This document shows, piece after piece, positions 7,922 through 18,066 of a stretch of 64,000 nucleotides of DNA. The stretch lies in IMG/VR virus record IMGVR_UViG_3300021387_000299, positions 1 through 64,000 of that record. The stretch is one strand, 5' to 3'. A program made the translations under genes and the position numbers. The notes under the pieces are model-generated. The model was not told the DNA's origin. It did no database searches and saw nothing but the letters and a program-made list of their open reading frames with translations. This DNA comes from a virus (taxonomy: Duplodnaviria > Caudoviricetes). Within the stretch, counting starts at the first letter, position 1, and each line of letters opens with the position of its first letter.

Positions 7922-7929
7922 TAACTTAA

Positions 7930-8049
7930 AAGACACGAACAGCAAACCATTAGGACTTTTAATCCCGATGTCGTAGGTTCGATTCCTACATTGTACGCCA
8001 AAACAGTACGATTAGCTCAAATGGTAGAGCGCGAGAAAAATGTGTCTTG
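7930..8049 (+). ncRNA. ACAGCAAA-stem RNA, copy 3, enclosing a circularly permuted tRNA-Lys(TTT) (YrlA-like architecture)
   Basis: aagacac...ACAGCAAA...gtgtctt-g; order is anticodon loop, T arm, acceptor 3' strand+CCA, linker, acceptor 5' strand, D arm. Confidence 0.8.
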
Positions 8050-8184
8050 ACAAGTAAATAAACGCGCAAACACATGGCGGGCAGAGCGTGCAGGGTCCAG
8101 CAAGCCTATGACAGCTAAGTAGATACTACTGGAACGAAGAAACCTCTATCGCGCGTGATCACTCTTAAATAGACCGCCACCAAC

Positions 8185-8255
8185 GCCGGATTAGTATAAT
8201 GGTATTACAGTTGACTTGTAATCATCTGATGGCAGTTCGATTCTGTCATTCGGCA
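8185..8255 (+). tRNA. tRNA-Thr(TGT)
   Basis: gttga-ctTGTaa-tcatc. Confidence 0.92.
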
Positions 8256-8463
8256 CTGACGCACAGAGGATAGATGAATAACTGTGGTTGTATGAAAATT
8301 CCTAGGTTCAATTCATATGATTAAGGAGCACTTCGTGTTCAATCTCTATCTAAAGGGTATAAACCTACCGGACATGGTGATTCTCCGGAGTCCGTGGCGT
8401 GCCCGCGGTATAAAATAATGGGCAATCCCGATGCTTGAAAGTAGAGCATCCTCACCACTCAAT

Positions 8464-8498
8464 AGGATAAGGATTCATTCCTTATCCTTTATTTTTTT
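8464..8498 (+). terminator. intrinsic terminator ending the tRNA array
   Basis: aggataagga/tccttatcct hairpin + T tract. Confidence 0.8.
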
Positions 8499-8522
8499 AT
8501 AAAATTATGGTATAATATAATT

Positions 8523-8750
8523 ATGAAAGATATAGAAAATATTATATGGATAAGAAACAAGATGAATTGCTCAATTCTTGACGCAAAAAAAGCCTATTAC
8601 TTTTGCGACGAGGATAAATTTTTAGCTTGCGCTTATTTAAAAGAAATTTATTATAGTCTTGGACACAACCCGCCTTGGACTAATGAACAATATAAAGAAA
8701 GGGCAAAAGAAAAATTAAATTATGATAAGAATAATAACATTCACCAATGA
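8523..8750 (+). CDS. small protein with EF-Ts N-terminal (UBA-like) motif
   Basis: IRNKMNCSILDAKKAY...D...A..YL resembles EF-Ts LRxxTGxGxxDCKKAL; leaderless after TGGTATAAT. Confidence 0.5.
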   Translation: MKDIENIIWIRNKMNCSILDAKKAYYFCDEDKFLACAYLKEIYYSLGHNPPWTNEQYKERAKEKLNYDKNNNIHQ

Positions 8751-9174
8751 TAATAATAAATTATTTGATTTTAATTTTAATAATCCTATAATAACTTACT
8801 ACCCAGAAACTGGGTGGACTAATATTACCGCAACAAAACAAACCATTACTATTTGCGGCAACTCTTTTTTAGGATATGATAAAGATCTTGTTCACACAAA
8901 TATTGATTCTAGTTTCTTTTCTCTTGGAAAGGACTGGATTGAAGAATTCTATGCGCAAGGTGATAAAATATTAATTATTTCTTCTCTCTCTGATGAACCT
9001 CTATTTATTTTCCATGGAGTTGCAATTCGCATTAGTAATATACAAAATGGTTATGCAGAGTTCACTGTAGATGATAAAAAAATCTATATAAATAATCTTC
9101 ACTGGATTATTATTTCGCGTAATGCATCCCCTGGCCAGCCTCAACGGCCGTTGCCGCCAAAAGATCGCCCATAG
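8722..9174 (+). CDS. hypothetical protein
   Basis: 150 aa ORF. Confidence 0.6.
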   Translation: MIRIITFTNDNNKLFDFNFNNPIITYYPETGWTNITATKQTITICGNSFLGYDKDLVHTNIDSSFFSLGKDWIEEFYAQGDKILIISSLSDEPLFIFHGVAIRISNIQNGYAEFTVDDKKIYINNLHWIIISRNASPGQPQRPLPPKDRP

Positions 9175-9248
9175 GAAATTTTTGAGCAAATATTTGAAAA
9201 TTATAAAAATTATGATATAATATAAAAGGTAAGGGAAATAAAATATAT

Positions 9249-9731
9249 ATGTTAAAAAAATATGGTGAAGGTTCGATGTATTTCTATGCTATTTCAGAAA
9301 CAAATAAAACAATAACTGGAGAACGTATTTATTGGCGAAATCCAGATACATTTACTCCAGATAAAAAACATAGAAATAAATACATAACATACATTTTATC
9401 TTTTTATGACATTAATGGTAACAAATTAAATTCTATAAAGGTTGGAAAAGCAAAAATTGGTTCTACTCGTTTTCAAAATTTATTAAATAAAAATAGAGTT
9501 CCTTCCAGTTATTATATTGTTATTGAATATGCAATATCTTTTACAGATGAAGAATTCGCTCTATCTACAGAAGGAGATCTCCGTTATTATTTCAGACGAT
9601 ATAAAGGAGGAGAAAAAGATGGAATGGATTATACAAAAAATGTAACATTTAATAATGAAGATAGGAAAGATCCAATGTTTAATTCTCTTATTCGTTCTAA
9701 TCTTTCTAAAATGTTCGCAGCAAAATATTAA
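9249..9731 (+). CDS. hypothetical protein, possible GIY-YIG/T5orf172-like nuclease
   Basis: TYILSFY...IKVGKA...R...E pattern; own promoter. Confidence 0.45.
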   Translation: MLKKYGEGSMYFYAISETNKTITGERIYWRNPDTFTPDKKHRNKYITYILSFYDINGNKLNSIKVGKAKIGSTRFQNLLNKNRVPSSYYIVIEYAISFTDEEFALSTEGDLRYYFRRYKGGEKDGMDYTKNVTFNNEDRKDPMFNSLIRSNLSKMFAAKY

Positions 9732-9736
9732 TTTAT

Positions 9737-9765
9737 TTGAAAAATAAAAAAATATATTATATAAT
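9737..9765 (+). promoter_or_regulatory. sigmaA promoter of the TROVE-like gene
   Basis: TTGAAA-17-TATAAT. Confidence 0.8.
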
Positions 9766-9783
9766 ATATATGTAAAGAAAAGA

Positions 9784-9848
9784 AAGACCCCAACAGCAAA
9801 ATTGCATGTTGTATGCGGAGGCCTCGTGGCGTCTTTAAATGGGTCTTG
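9784..9848 (+). promoter_or_regulatory. ACAGCAAA-stem RNA, copy 4 (5' leader abutting the RBS of the TROVE-like gene)
   Basis: aagaccc-ca-ACAGCAAA...gggtctt-g-aaaggag. Confidence 0.75.
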
Positions 9849-9863
9849 AAAGGAGAAAAAGGA

Positions 9864-11366
9864 ATGAGTACATTTTTAAACGCACTTCAGAATGAAACAA
9901 ATTTCACTTATACTGAAAATGGCGGCATTACTCATAAGACAACCAAGAGCGCATTGCTTGATATGTTTGCTATGGGTGCCGCTATGCGTAGTCGTTCTGA
10001 CGCAGACGTTATCCTTATGTTCCGCAATGCATATGCAGAAAATCCTACATATGCACTGAAGTGTCTCTTCTACATCAGAGACGTTCGTGGCGGACAGGGC
10101 GAACGTAGATTTTTCCGTCTTTGTATCAAGGATCTTGCTAAGCAGGATGCTGATGCAATGCGCAGAAATATTCAGAATATCCCTGAATATGGTCGCTGGG
10201 ATGACCTTTATGAACTTGTCAATACTCCAGTAGAAGGAGATATGTGGAAGTTCATGAAGCACCAGCTTGCTCTTGATACTCAGTCAAAGACACCTTCTCT
10301 GCTTGCAAAGTGGATGAAGTCTGAAAATACGTCTTCAAAGGAATCTCGTAGACTGGGTCGTCACACTCGCACACAGCTTCATATGACACCTCGTGAATAT
10401 AGAAAGACTCTTTCTATTCTTCGTGAGCGTATCAACGTTCTGGAAAGACTTATGAGTGCAGGCGAATGGGATAAGATCGAGTTCGATAAGATCCCTTCAA
10501 AGGCTGGTTTCATTTATAAGAATGCTTTCGCGCGCCACGACGTAGAGCGCATGAAGGCGGAAAAGAACGTTCAGTCATATCATGACTTCGTAAGAGATGA
10601 AACCAAGACTGTCAATGCTAAGGATCTCTATCCATATGAGATGGTTGCAAAGGCAATCTCTGCCTATGATCCCTACGATCGTTGGGGAGACTCTACCGAC
10701 AGAGCAGTTGTAAACAAGTACTGGAACAACTATATGCAGAGCTTTGATGACTTCAAGTTCAATGGCATCGCTGTTGTAGATACTTCTGGTTCTATGCGTT
10801 GGGCTGGTACTACTGTACATCCTATTGATGTAGCTATCTCACTTGGTATTTGTTGCGCGGAAAAGGCCCAGGGTCCTTTCCATGGACACTATATCTCTTT
10901 CGCTTCTCGTCCTCAGCTGATTAAGGTTGAAGGTGTTGACTTCGTTGACAAGGTTCAGAGAATCTATAAGACAAATCTTTGCGATAACACAAATATCGCA
11001 GGAGTATTTGATCTGCTTCTTAGTACTGCACTTAGAAATCACTGCGCACAGTCAGAGATTCCTGAGAATGTAGTTATTATCAGCGATATGGAGTTTGACT
11101 CTTGCTCAATTAGCTTCAGAAAGGCTAGAGCCGCAACAGAGCTGGAAAGAATTGCTCAGAAGTGGGCAGACAACGGCTATCAGATGCCTAACCTCATCTT
11201 CTGGAATGTAGACGCACGTCAGAACAACATTCCTGCGCTGGGTGAGAGAATCTCATATGTATCTGGTATGAGTCCTTCTATCTATCAGACAATCGCAACA
11301 GGCAAGACTGGTTACGATCTGATGATGGATAAGTTGAATTCTGCTCGTTACGATGCAGTAAAGTAA
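9864..11366 (+). CDS. DUF2828-family TROVE/Ro60-like protein with C-terminal vWA domain
   Basis: N-term TENG, RDVRGGQGER, YGRWDDL, LAKW; MIDAS DTSGS, ISDMEFD, IFWNV; RBS gives start MSTFL. Confidence 0.85.
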   Translation: MSTFLNALQNETNFTYTENGGITHKTTKSALLDMFAMGAAMRSRSDADVILMFRNAYAENPTYALKCLFYIRDVRGGQGERRFFRLCIKDLAKQDADAMRRNIQNIPEYGRWDDLYELVNTPVEGDMWKFMKHQLALDTQSKTPSLLAKWMKSENTSSKESRRLGRHTRTQLHMTPREYRKTLSILRERINVLERLMSAGEWDKIEFDKIPSKAGFIYKNAFARHDVERMKAEKNVQSYHDFVRDETKTVNAKDLYPYEMVAKAISAYDPYDRWGDSTDRAVVNKYWNNYMQSFDDFKFNGIAVVDTSGSMRWAGTTVHPIDVAISLGICCAEKAQGPFHGHYISFASRPQLIKVEGVDFVDKVQRIYKTNLCDNTNIAGVFDLLLSTALRNHCAQSEIPENVVIISDMEFDSCSISFRKARAATELERIAQKWADNGYQMPNLIFWNVDARQNNIPALGERISYVSGMSPSIYQTIATGKTGYDLMMDKLNSARYDAVK

Positions 11367-11376
11367 CAAAATTTTG

Positions 11377-11404
11377 GACGGTTTTCTATAAACCGTCTTT
11401 TTTT
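11377..11404 (+). terminator. intrinsic terminator
   Basis: gacggttt/aaaccgtc + T7. Confidence 0.85.
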
Positions 11405-11458
11405 ATTTTTATATATAACGATAGAAGGATATTGCTTCTAAAAGGAGGGACAATCAAG

Positions 11459-11626
11459 ATGACAACAGAAAAGAAAAAGTTTTTAGATCAAATTGGCGTT
11501 AGCTATTTATGATCTAAAATTTTAGAGAAATTTGCTTCATTAGAAAATCGTGTCGATGAAATTGAAACCGCTGAATATGTCATCTATGGTGGTTCCGCAT
11601 CTGATGTAATGAAGGAGGGCGAGTAA
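11459..11626 (+). CDS. small tail-associated protein (TGA=Trp at 11510)
   Basis: RBS aaggagg; FLDQIGVSYL*SKI matches the common LDxxGLxYLWxKI tail-fibre N-terminal motif; TAATG-coupled to next gene. Confidence 0.7.
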
Positions 11627-12144
11627 TGAAAAGAGTAATCGAAGCTACAATTCGCCTTCGTAGAGATAACGATTATAACTATGAAGCAATTAAAGACAAA
11701 TTTGTTCCAGCTAATGGTGAAGTAGTTCTAGTTGATACTGCGCGAGATGGTCTCCGCGCAAAAGTTGGCAATGGATATAATACATATGCCGAGCTTCAAT
11801 TTACAGATGCAGATCTTCGCAATGCTGTTCTCCAAGGTTATTATGAAAATGGTGTTTTTTATAGTGATCCTATTAAACAAACTCCAATGGCGAATATGGT
11901 TAATAAAATCTATATTGATATTCCGCGTAGAAAAATCTACTATTTCAATGGTACAGAATTTATTCCAGCAGAAGCCCATTTAACTACAGCAAGCGCAGAA
12001 ACAGCAGGCGTAATGAAATTATATAGTACCACAGGACAAAATACTGATGGAACAATGACACAAAAAAGCATCACTGATGAATTAAATCAAAGAATTAAAA
12101 CAGACATTGATGCTGAAAACGAATTATTAATTTTTAGTTTATAA
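11626..12144 (+). CDS. tail fibre-related protein (hyaluronidase/Mtd-like N-terminus)
   Basis: LRRD...FVPANGE...KVGNG..Y.EL; KLYSTTGQNTDGTMTQK. Confidence 0.75.
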   Translation: MKRVIEATIRLRRDNDYNYEAIKDKFVPANGEVVLVDTARDGLRAKVGNGYNTYAELQFTDADLRNAVLQGYYENGVFYSDPIKQTPMANMVNKIYIDIPRRKIYYFNGTEFIPAEAHLTTASAETAGVMKLYSTTGQNTDGTMTQKSITDELNQRIKTDIDAENELLIFSL

Positions 12145-12159
12145 GGAGGAAAATAAATT

Positions 12160-13458
12160 ATGGCTCAAACTTATACACATACCCCAGCTCTTTCTAAAAT
12201 TAAGTTAGGCGCAACTACTTATTATTTGAAAGATGCTGATGTTCGTGCTATTTTAGACACATTTGGTAATATCGTAACTGAAAATAAAGCCACAAAAATT
12301 GATGATGGTGCTACTGGAATTCCTAATGCTGATCAAGTTTATGATTTTGTCATTCAGCAAATTACTGAAGTTGGTAAGGCTCTTAATTTAATTGCAGCAA
12401 CAGACCATACTCAAGTTCTTGAACCAAGAGTTGGTGACTTCGTTGTTGAAGCAGATGGTTCTGAATGGGTTTATGATGGCAATAAAACCGATGGCAAAAA
12501 TGGATGGAGAGAAGTTGGTACTGAAACAGCTTATGTAAAGAAAAACTTTACTATTGCTGGCGTAGACATGCAGGATAATATTACAAAAGCTGAACTTCAA
12601 GAGGCTCTTGAATTACATTCTCTTGCATATATGGATACTGGTAGTGTTACTCTTACAACTCCAGATGGCGTTAATAGCTTCTCAACTGGTAAAGCTGGAG
12701 AATATAACGTTACTGCAAGCGAAGTTTCAGTTCCTGCAACATATAGCGCATTAGATGTTACACCTGCAGGTTCAGTTGAAATTACTGCCGGTACTGCTGC
12801 TGCTGCTTCTTATGATAAAACAACAGGTATTACAATGGCTGCGGCTGCCCCTTCTGATGGTCAGTCTGCTACATACACACCTGCTGGTGAAGTAACAGTT
12901 ACTAACGTTACAGTTACACCAAGCAATGTTTCTGTCGCTAAGGTTACTGACAATGGTACTGCTTATCAGTTATCAGAAGGTAGTGTTTCTCATGCTACTG
13001 ATACGACTTCTCAGTTCGCAATTGCTGGAATGTTGGCTTCTATTGACGAAACAGATAATGAAATGTTAGTTCTTGCCGATGCCACAAAAGCAGATGCAGT
13101 TACTGCTGTTGGCACAATCACATATACAGCGCCTACATTAACAGGTTCATTGCCTACATTTGGAACTGAATCAGTTGTTAGTGGAATTTCAAGTGCTAGT
13201 GCTACTGCTTCCTTTGCTGGAACAGGCGTTATGCTTAATGCTACACCTACATATACAGCTGCTGATGCAACAGTTACACAACCTACATTCACAGCTGCAT
13301 TTACAGGTACTTCAAAGAGTGTTACACCAGCTGTTGCAACATCTGTTAAGGCTGCTGGTACAGATGGAAAAGTTACAGTTGCTTCTGAAACAATTACACC
13401 TACATTACAGACATCTGAAAAAGACATCAATGTTACTTTTGAACCATCGCTTAATTAA
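12160..13458 (+). CDS. virion structural/tail protein
   Basis: T/A/S/V-rich with TPAG repeats; YYLKDADVR N-term; RBS aaggagg. Confidence 0.75.
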   Translation: MAQTYTHTPALSKIKLGATTYYLKDADVRAILDTFGNIVTENKATKIDDGATGIPNADQVYDFVIQQITEVGKALNLIAATDHTQVLEPRVGDFVVEADGSEWVYDGNKTDGKNGWREVGTETAYVKKNFTIAGVDMQDNITKAELQEALELHSLAYMDTGSVTLTTPDGVNSFSTGKAGEYNVTASEVSVPATYSALDVTPAGSVEITAGTAAAASYDKTTGITMAAAAPSDGQSATYTPAGEVTVTNVTVTPSNVSVAKVTDNGTAYQLSEGSVSHATDTTSQFAIAGMLASIDETDNEMLVLADATKADAVTAVGTITYTAPTLTGSLPTFGTESVVSGISSASATASFAGTGVMLNATPTYTAADATVTQPTFTAAFTGTSKSVTPAVATSVKAAGTDGKVTVASETITPTLQTSEKDINVTFEPSLN

Positions 13459-13543
13459 AAACCAAAATTTCTTGAAACGATAGAAATTTATAATTAAAAA
13501 ATAAATTATAAAACTCTTGAAAAGATAGAGGATATAATTTTTC

Positions 13544-13581
13544 CTGGGTAGGGGATATTATATCCTCTACCCAGTTTTTTT
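13544..13581 (+). terminator. intrinsic terminator
   Basis: ctgggtaggggata/tatcctctacccag + T7. Confidence 0.8.
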
Positions 13582-13593
13582 ATGGAGAACTAT

Positions 13594-13821
13594 ATGATTA
13601 AAGAACAAACTTTAATAAAAAAAGATACTTCTTATAATTGAAATAAAGCTAAAAACTTCATTCCAAAAGAGAATGAAGTATTAGTATATACTGATTTTAA
13701 TCCTAATAGAATTAAAATTGGTAATGGAAAAACTAAAGTAAATGATCTTCCATTTGTTGATAACAATGAATATAGTATTGAGGAAGATACTTTAGTTATT
13801 AATACAAAAGGAGAATTTTAA
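13594..13821 (+). CDS. hyaluronidase/Mtd N-terminal-like protein (TGA=Trp at 13639)
   Basis: DTSYN*NKAKNFIPKENE...KIGNGKTKVNDLPF; TGA at the conserved NW position. Confidence 0.8.
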
Positions 13822-13823
13822 TT

Positions 13824-14450
13824 ATGGCTGAAATTATGGCTGAAATTTCTAAAATTAAATTAAATGGAACTACATATAATCTGAAAGATAATGAGGCGAG
13901 AGAAGAAATAGATAATCTTTCTGAAGTTGCAGTTTCTGGTAATTATGATGATTTGATTAATAAGCCAATTATAAATATTTACATAATAGAAAACAATGGC
14001 GAATTAATTGCATGTCAAAAAGATGGCGAAACGCAATATACTTTTGAAGAAATTGTTGGATATTTAATTGATGGTTTTTTTATTTGTGCAAATTACAAAG
14101 AACAAACTTTTTTATATGACGGCGCTTGAGATACAGCTGGAAAAAGAATTGTTGATGGTATTGACTTGACACAGACCAATATGACTCCAACCGTATTAAG
14201 ATTTGCCCATTATCCTGTATATTATGCAGATTCTATTTCAGATAATTTTCAATTTTTAGTTTTTAATGATAACAATAGTATTACTTATGGAGTTCAACCT
14301 GGATTTTCAACAGTGGCTTTTTCTGGAAATTACAATGATTTATTAAATAGACCAACTATCCCTGATTACGGACTACAAGTTACAGATGACAATGATGGTA
14401 ATATTGTACTAGATGTTATTTCCATTGCTAGTACAGAAGGGAGTTTTTAA
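13824..14450 (+). CDS. tail-associated protein (TGA=Trp at 14127)
   Basis: Track ORFs 13824 and 14166 are in one frame; SGNYxDLxNxP repeats in both halves. Confidence 0.8.
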
Positions 14451-15799
14451 TGGCAAACAATAAACATTATATAGTTTCTGAAACTGAATTAACAAATATC
14501 GCCAATGCAATTAGATATAAAAATGGTGAAGCTTCTACATATACAATTGCACAAATGCCTAATGCAATTAAAACATTAGAATCTCAAAATGATACTTATG
14601 TAGATCAATCAATTCGATCTGCTTTTGCGCAAAAAGGCATATTTATTCCAGAAAATACTCTTTTATCTGAACTTCCATCAATTATTATTGATGATTGTAA
14701 TTGAGTGGTAGGAGATGGATGCAATTATTTTCATTACGAAGTTCCAGAACATGTTCTTCCAGTTGATACTGTTCATCATCTATGTACTTTCACAGGAACA
14801 ACTTCAATTGGCGCTAGTCTAATTTCTTATGATAAAAGTAAGCAACATACAACAAAAGAAACTATTTGAAGTTCAGATTATTATGATTTAGATGAAAAAT
14901 ATAGGGGAAAATTAGTATTCTTAAAAATGGATGGCACGCTTGAAGTTGGAATTTATGGAGATAATCATTATTCTTTTGCTGGATACACTGGCTCCGGATA
15001 TTCTGAACGTTGTGCGAATTCTGCTCAATTAGTTCGTGCAGAATTAGGAACTAATTGTACTGCTCATACAAACGCTTTTCAAGGAGCAACAAATCTTAAA
15101 GAAGTTTATTTTTCTAAAGATTGTAAATGAGGACCCATGAATCGTGCTTTTTATAACTGCCAATCTTTAAAAAAAATTTATATAAATAACCCAGAGATAT
15201 GGACTGGAATTGACCAATATCAATTTTACAATTGCACTAATTTAATTGATTTTACATTACCTTCATCGGTAACATGAATTGGCGCCTATGCTTTTTATAA
15301 TTGCAAGAGTTTAGTTGAAATTAATTTAAATGATAATATTAGTTCAATTGGAGATCATGCTTTTTATAATTGCACTTGCTTAAAAAATATTCATATTCCT
15401 AAAAGTTTAACAAAAATACCCTCTTATTTTTGTTTTAATTGTAGCAATCTTCCTGAAATTATTATACCAAACAACATTATAGAAATAGGAGATTCTGGTT
15501 TTTATTATTGCTCTAAAATTACACAATTAACAATTCCAGAAAGTGTTACCACAATAGGAAAGCGTGCTTTTACATTAATGTCCAAATGCCTTGAATATCA
15601 TTTCTTAAGTGCAACGCCTCCATCTTTAACTCTTTATACTGTTGGTTCTAACAGTTATACTCCTTTTGGCACACTTCCAACTGGAGCAAAAATTTATGTT
15701 CCTTATTCTTCCGATCATTCAATTTTAAATGCGTATAAAACCGCTGAAAATTGATCAACTCATGCCGATAATATTTATGAAGAGGAGGGTAATAAATAA
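14450..15799 (+). CDS. BspA-type leucine-rich repeat (LRR_5) protein, 449 aa, 5 in-frame TGA
   Basis: IGxxAFYNCxxL repeats; C-term AYKTAEN*STHADNI; TGA at 14702, 14867, 15128, 15275, 15752; TAATG couplings at both ends. Confidence 0.85.
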
Positions 15800-18063
15800 T
15801 GACAAGTTCAAAATTAAAAACAATAACATTTAATAATACTTTAACTAATCAAAGTGTAACATATCCACTACCAACAAAAACTAGCGACTTAACAAATGAT
15901 AGTGGTTATATTACTTCTTATACGGAAACCGACCCAACTGTTCCAGAATGGGCAAAACAAGCAACCAAACCAACTTATACAGCAAGTGAGGTAGGTGCTG
16001 CAAGTATATCTGATTTAAATAATTATGTTGTAAAAAGAAATTATGATGATGCCAACTCTAGTTATATAACTAATGATTCTGGACGTATTACTATCGAACA
16101 AAGCACTTCACGCTTACTGAATAATTCAAAAATTGATTTAAATGGGTCAACAGTAGCTTTAAAATCTTGGAATGGACCAGCAGTTGGTGCTGAAAAAAAT
16201 GCAAATGTTATTACATTAACTCCAACTCAAACTACTATTAAAAATATAATTACTCCAACGAATGATGGAGATGCGGCTAATAAAAAGTATGTAGATGATT
16301 CGGTTTCAGAAATAGAACCTCTCGTCGTTGATGTGAGCGAAGATCCTGATACTGGAGTTATAACATCTAGTAAGACTTATGAAGAGATAGATGCTGCCAT
16401 ATTAGCTGGAATCAATGTTGTTCTTAAAAACGAGTATAATAATATTTTTCCATATCAAGGACAAAGTTCTCTTTGAAGTGATAGAGCGCTTGCATATAAT
16501 TTCTATAGAATCGAATACATGGAGCAGCAGCTCAGCATTAATGGATATTTTATCGCTCCTGGGACAGCTAGCTGATCAAAAGGACGTATTTCTGAAAATA
16601 TAGTAATGACTGAAGCGTTTGCTACTAGACGACGTAGTGATGATAATAACATAGCATATACAATTTCTAATGAGCCAGATTATGACTTTGGTTTACTTGT
16701 ATCTTCTGGATCTACAATTATTTCTCAAATAACAGCCGCAGAGGATGGCGTAGATATTATTTCCGCACAAGGAAACATACGATTCTCTGGAGAACACATA
16801 GGAGCATCAAATACTGATCCTGCTTGATCTCCAACAGATAATAATGACTTCACTACAAAAAAATATGTTGATGACGCTGTATCTAGTATTGTTATTCCAA
16901 CAGTTCCAACAACAGTATCATCTTTCACCAACGATTCTGGCTATCAAAACTCAACACAAGTTCAATCAGCTATTAATACTGCTATTGGTAATATCAACTC
17001 ATTTGAGGTTGAAGTCGTATCAGCACTTCCAACCTCAAATATTAATGATCATACAATTTATTTTGTTCCACAAGCAGTTAATTCATCAACTCATGATGAA
17101 TATATGTATATAAATAATAATTGAGAATTAATTGGGAATACTTCTGTTGATTTAAGCGGATACTTACAAAAAACAGAAATTGCGGACTGGGCTAAAGCGA
17201 GCATTAAACCCAGCTATACTGCAACAGAAGTTGGGGCTATGAGCATTTCTCATGCCGCAAACGCAATTACAAGTGCCGATATTACGGCTTGGAATAATAA
17301 ATCTAATTTTAGTGGTTCGTATAATGACTTAACAAATAAACCGACAATTCCTACGGTTCCAACTAATGTAAGTTCATTCACTAATGATGCTGGTTATTTA
17401 ACCTCATTTACTGAAACCGATCCTACAGTCCCTGCATGGGCAAAAGCTGCGACTAAACCGACATATACAGCTGCCGAAGTAGGGGCGTTGCCAGATACAA
17501 CAGATTTAAGTAAATTTTTAAAAAATGAAGAAATCGTAACTGGAGGTTTATTTACAGGTGGAACAGAAGCTGTAACAATTGAAAAATCCGGCACTAATCC
17601 AGCATCGCTTTTACTTGGCGCAACGACAAATAAGAAAAACGGTTTTATTTTAGGAACTAATAGCGGCAGAATTGCTGGTTTTACTCAAAATAACTCTACT
17701 CTATTAGAAATAAGTAATTTTAATCAAGTTTCAATAGAGAATATTGTTACACCAACTACAGATACCATGGCTGCTAATAAGAAATATGTTGATGATGCTA
17801 TTGCTTCCGTTACACCAACAGAAACTGATCCTATCTTCTCTGCAAGTGTGGCCGCAGGCATTTCATCTACGGATATTTCAAATTGAAATGCAAAATCTAA
17901 TTTCTCTGGTTCTTATAATGATTTAACTAATAAACCAACTATTCCAGCAGCAACAACAGTAACAAATACTCTTGCTTCTGGAACACTTATTGCTACAATT
18001 AATGGCACAAATATCTACGCACCAACATATACTAATGGAGATAATCTTGCTTACGGAGGTTAA
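15799..18063 (+). CDS. tail fibre protein, 754 aa, 5 in-frame TGA
   Basis: Repeats TNDxGY, ETDPTVPxWAK, AANKKYVDD, SGSYNDLTNKPTIP; TGA at 16474, 16573, 16825, 17122, 17884. Confidence 0.85.
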
Positions 18064-18066
18064 TCT

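Noticed and set aside
7462-9848. CRISPR array
   Set aside because: Repeats are not identical or regularly spaced; they covary as RNA stems, and no cas genes are present
9876-11042. Antisense ORFs within the DUF2828 gene and other large genes
   Set aside because: No RBS; codon-bias shadows of the real genes
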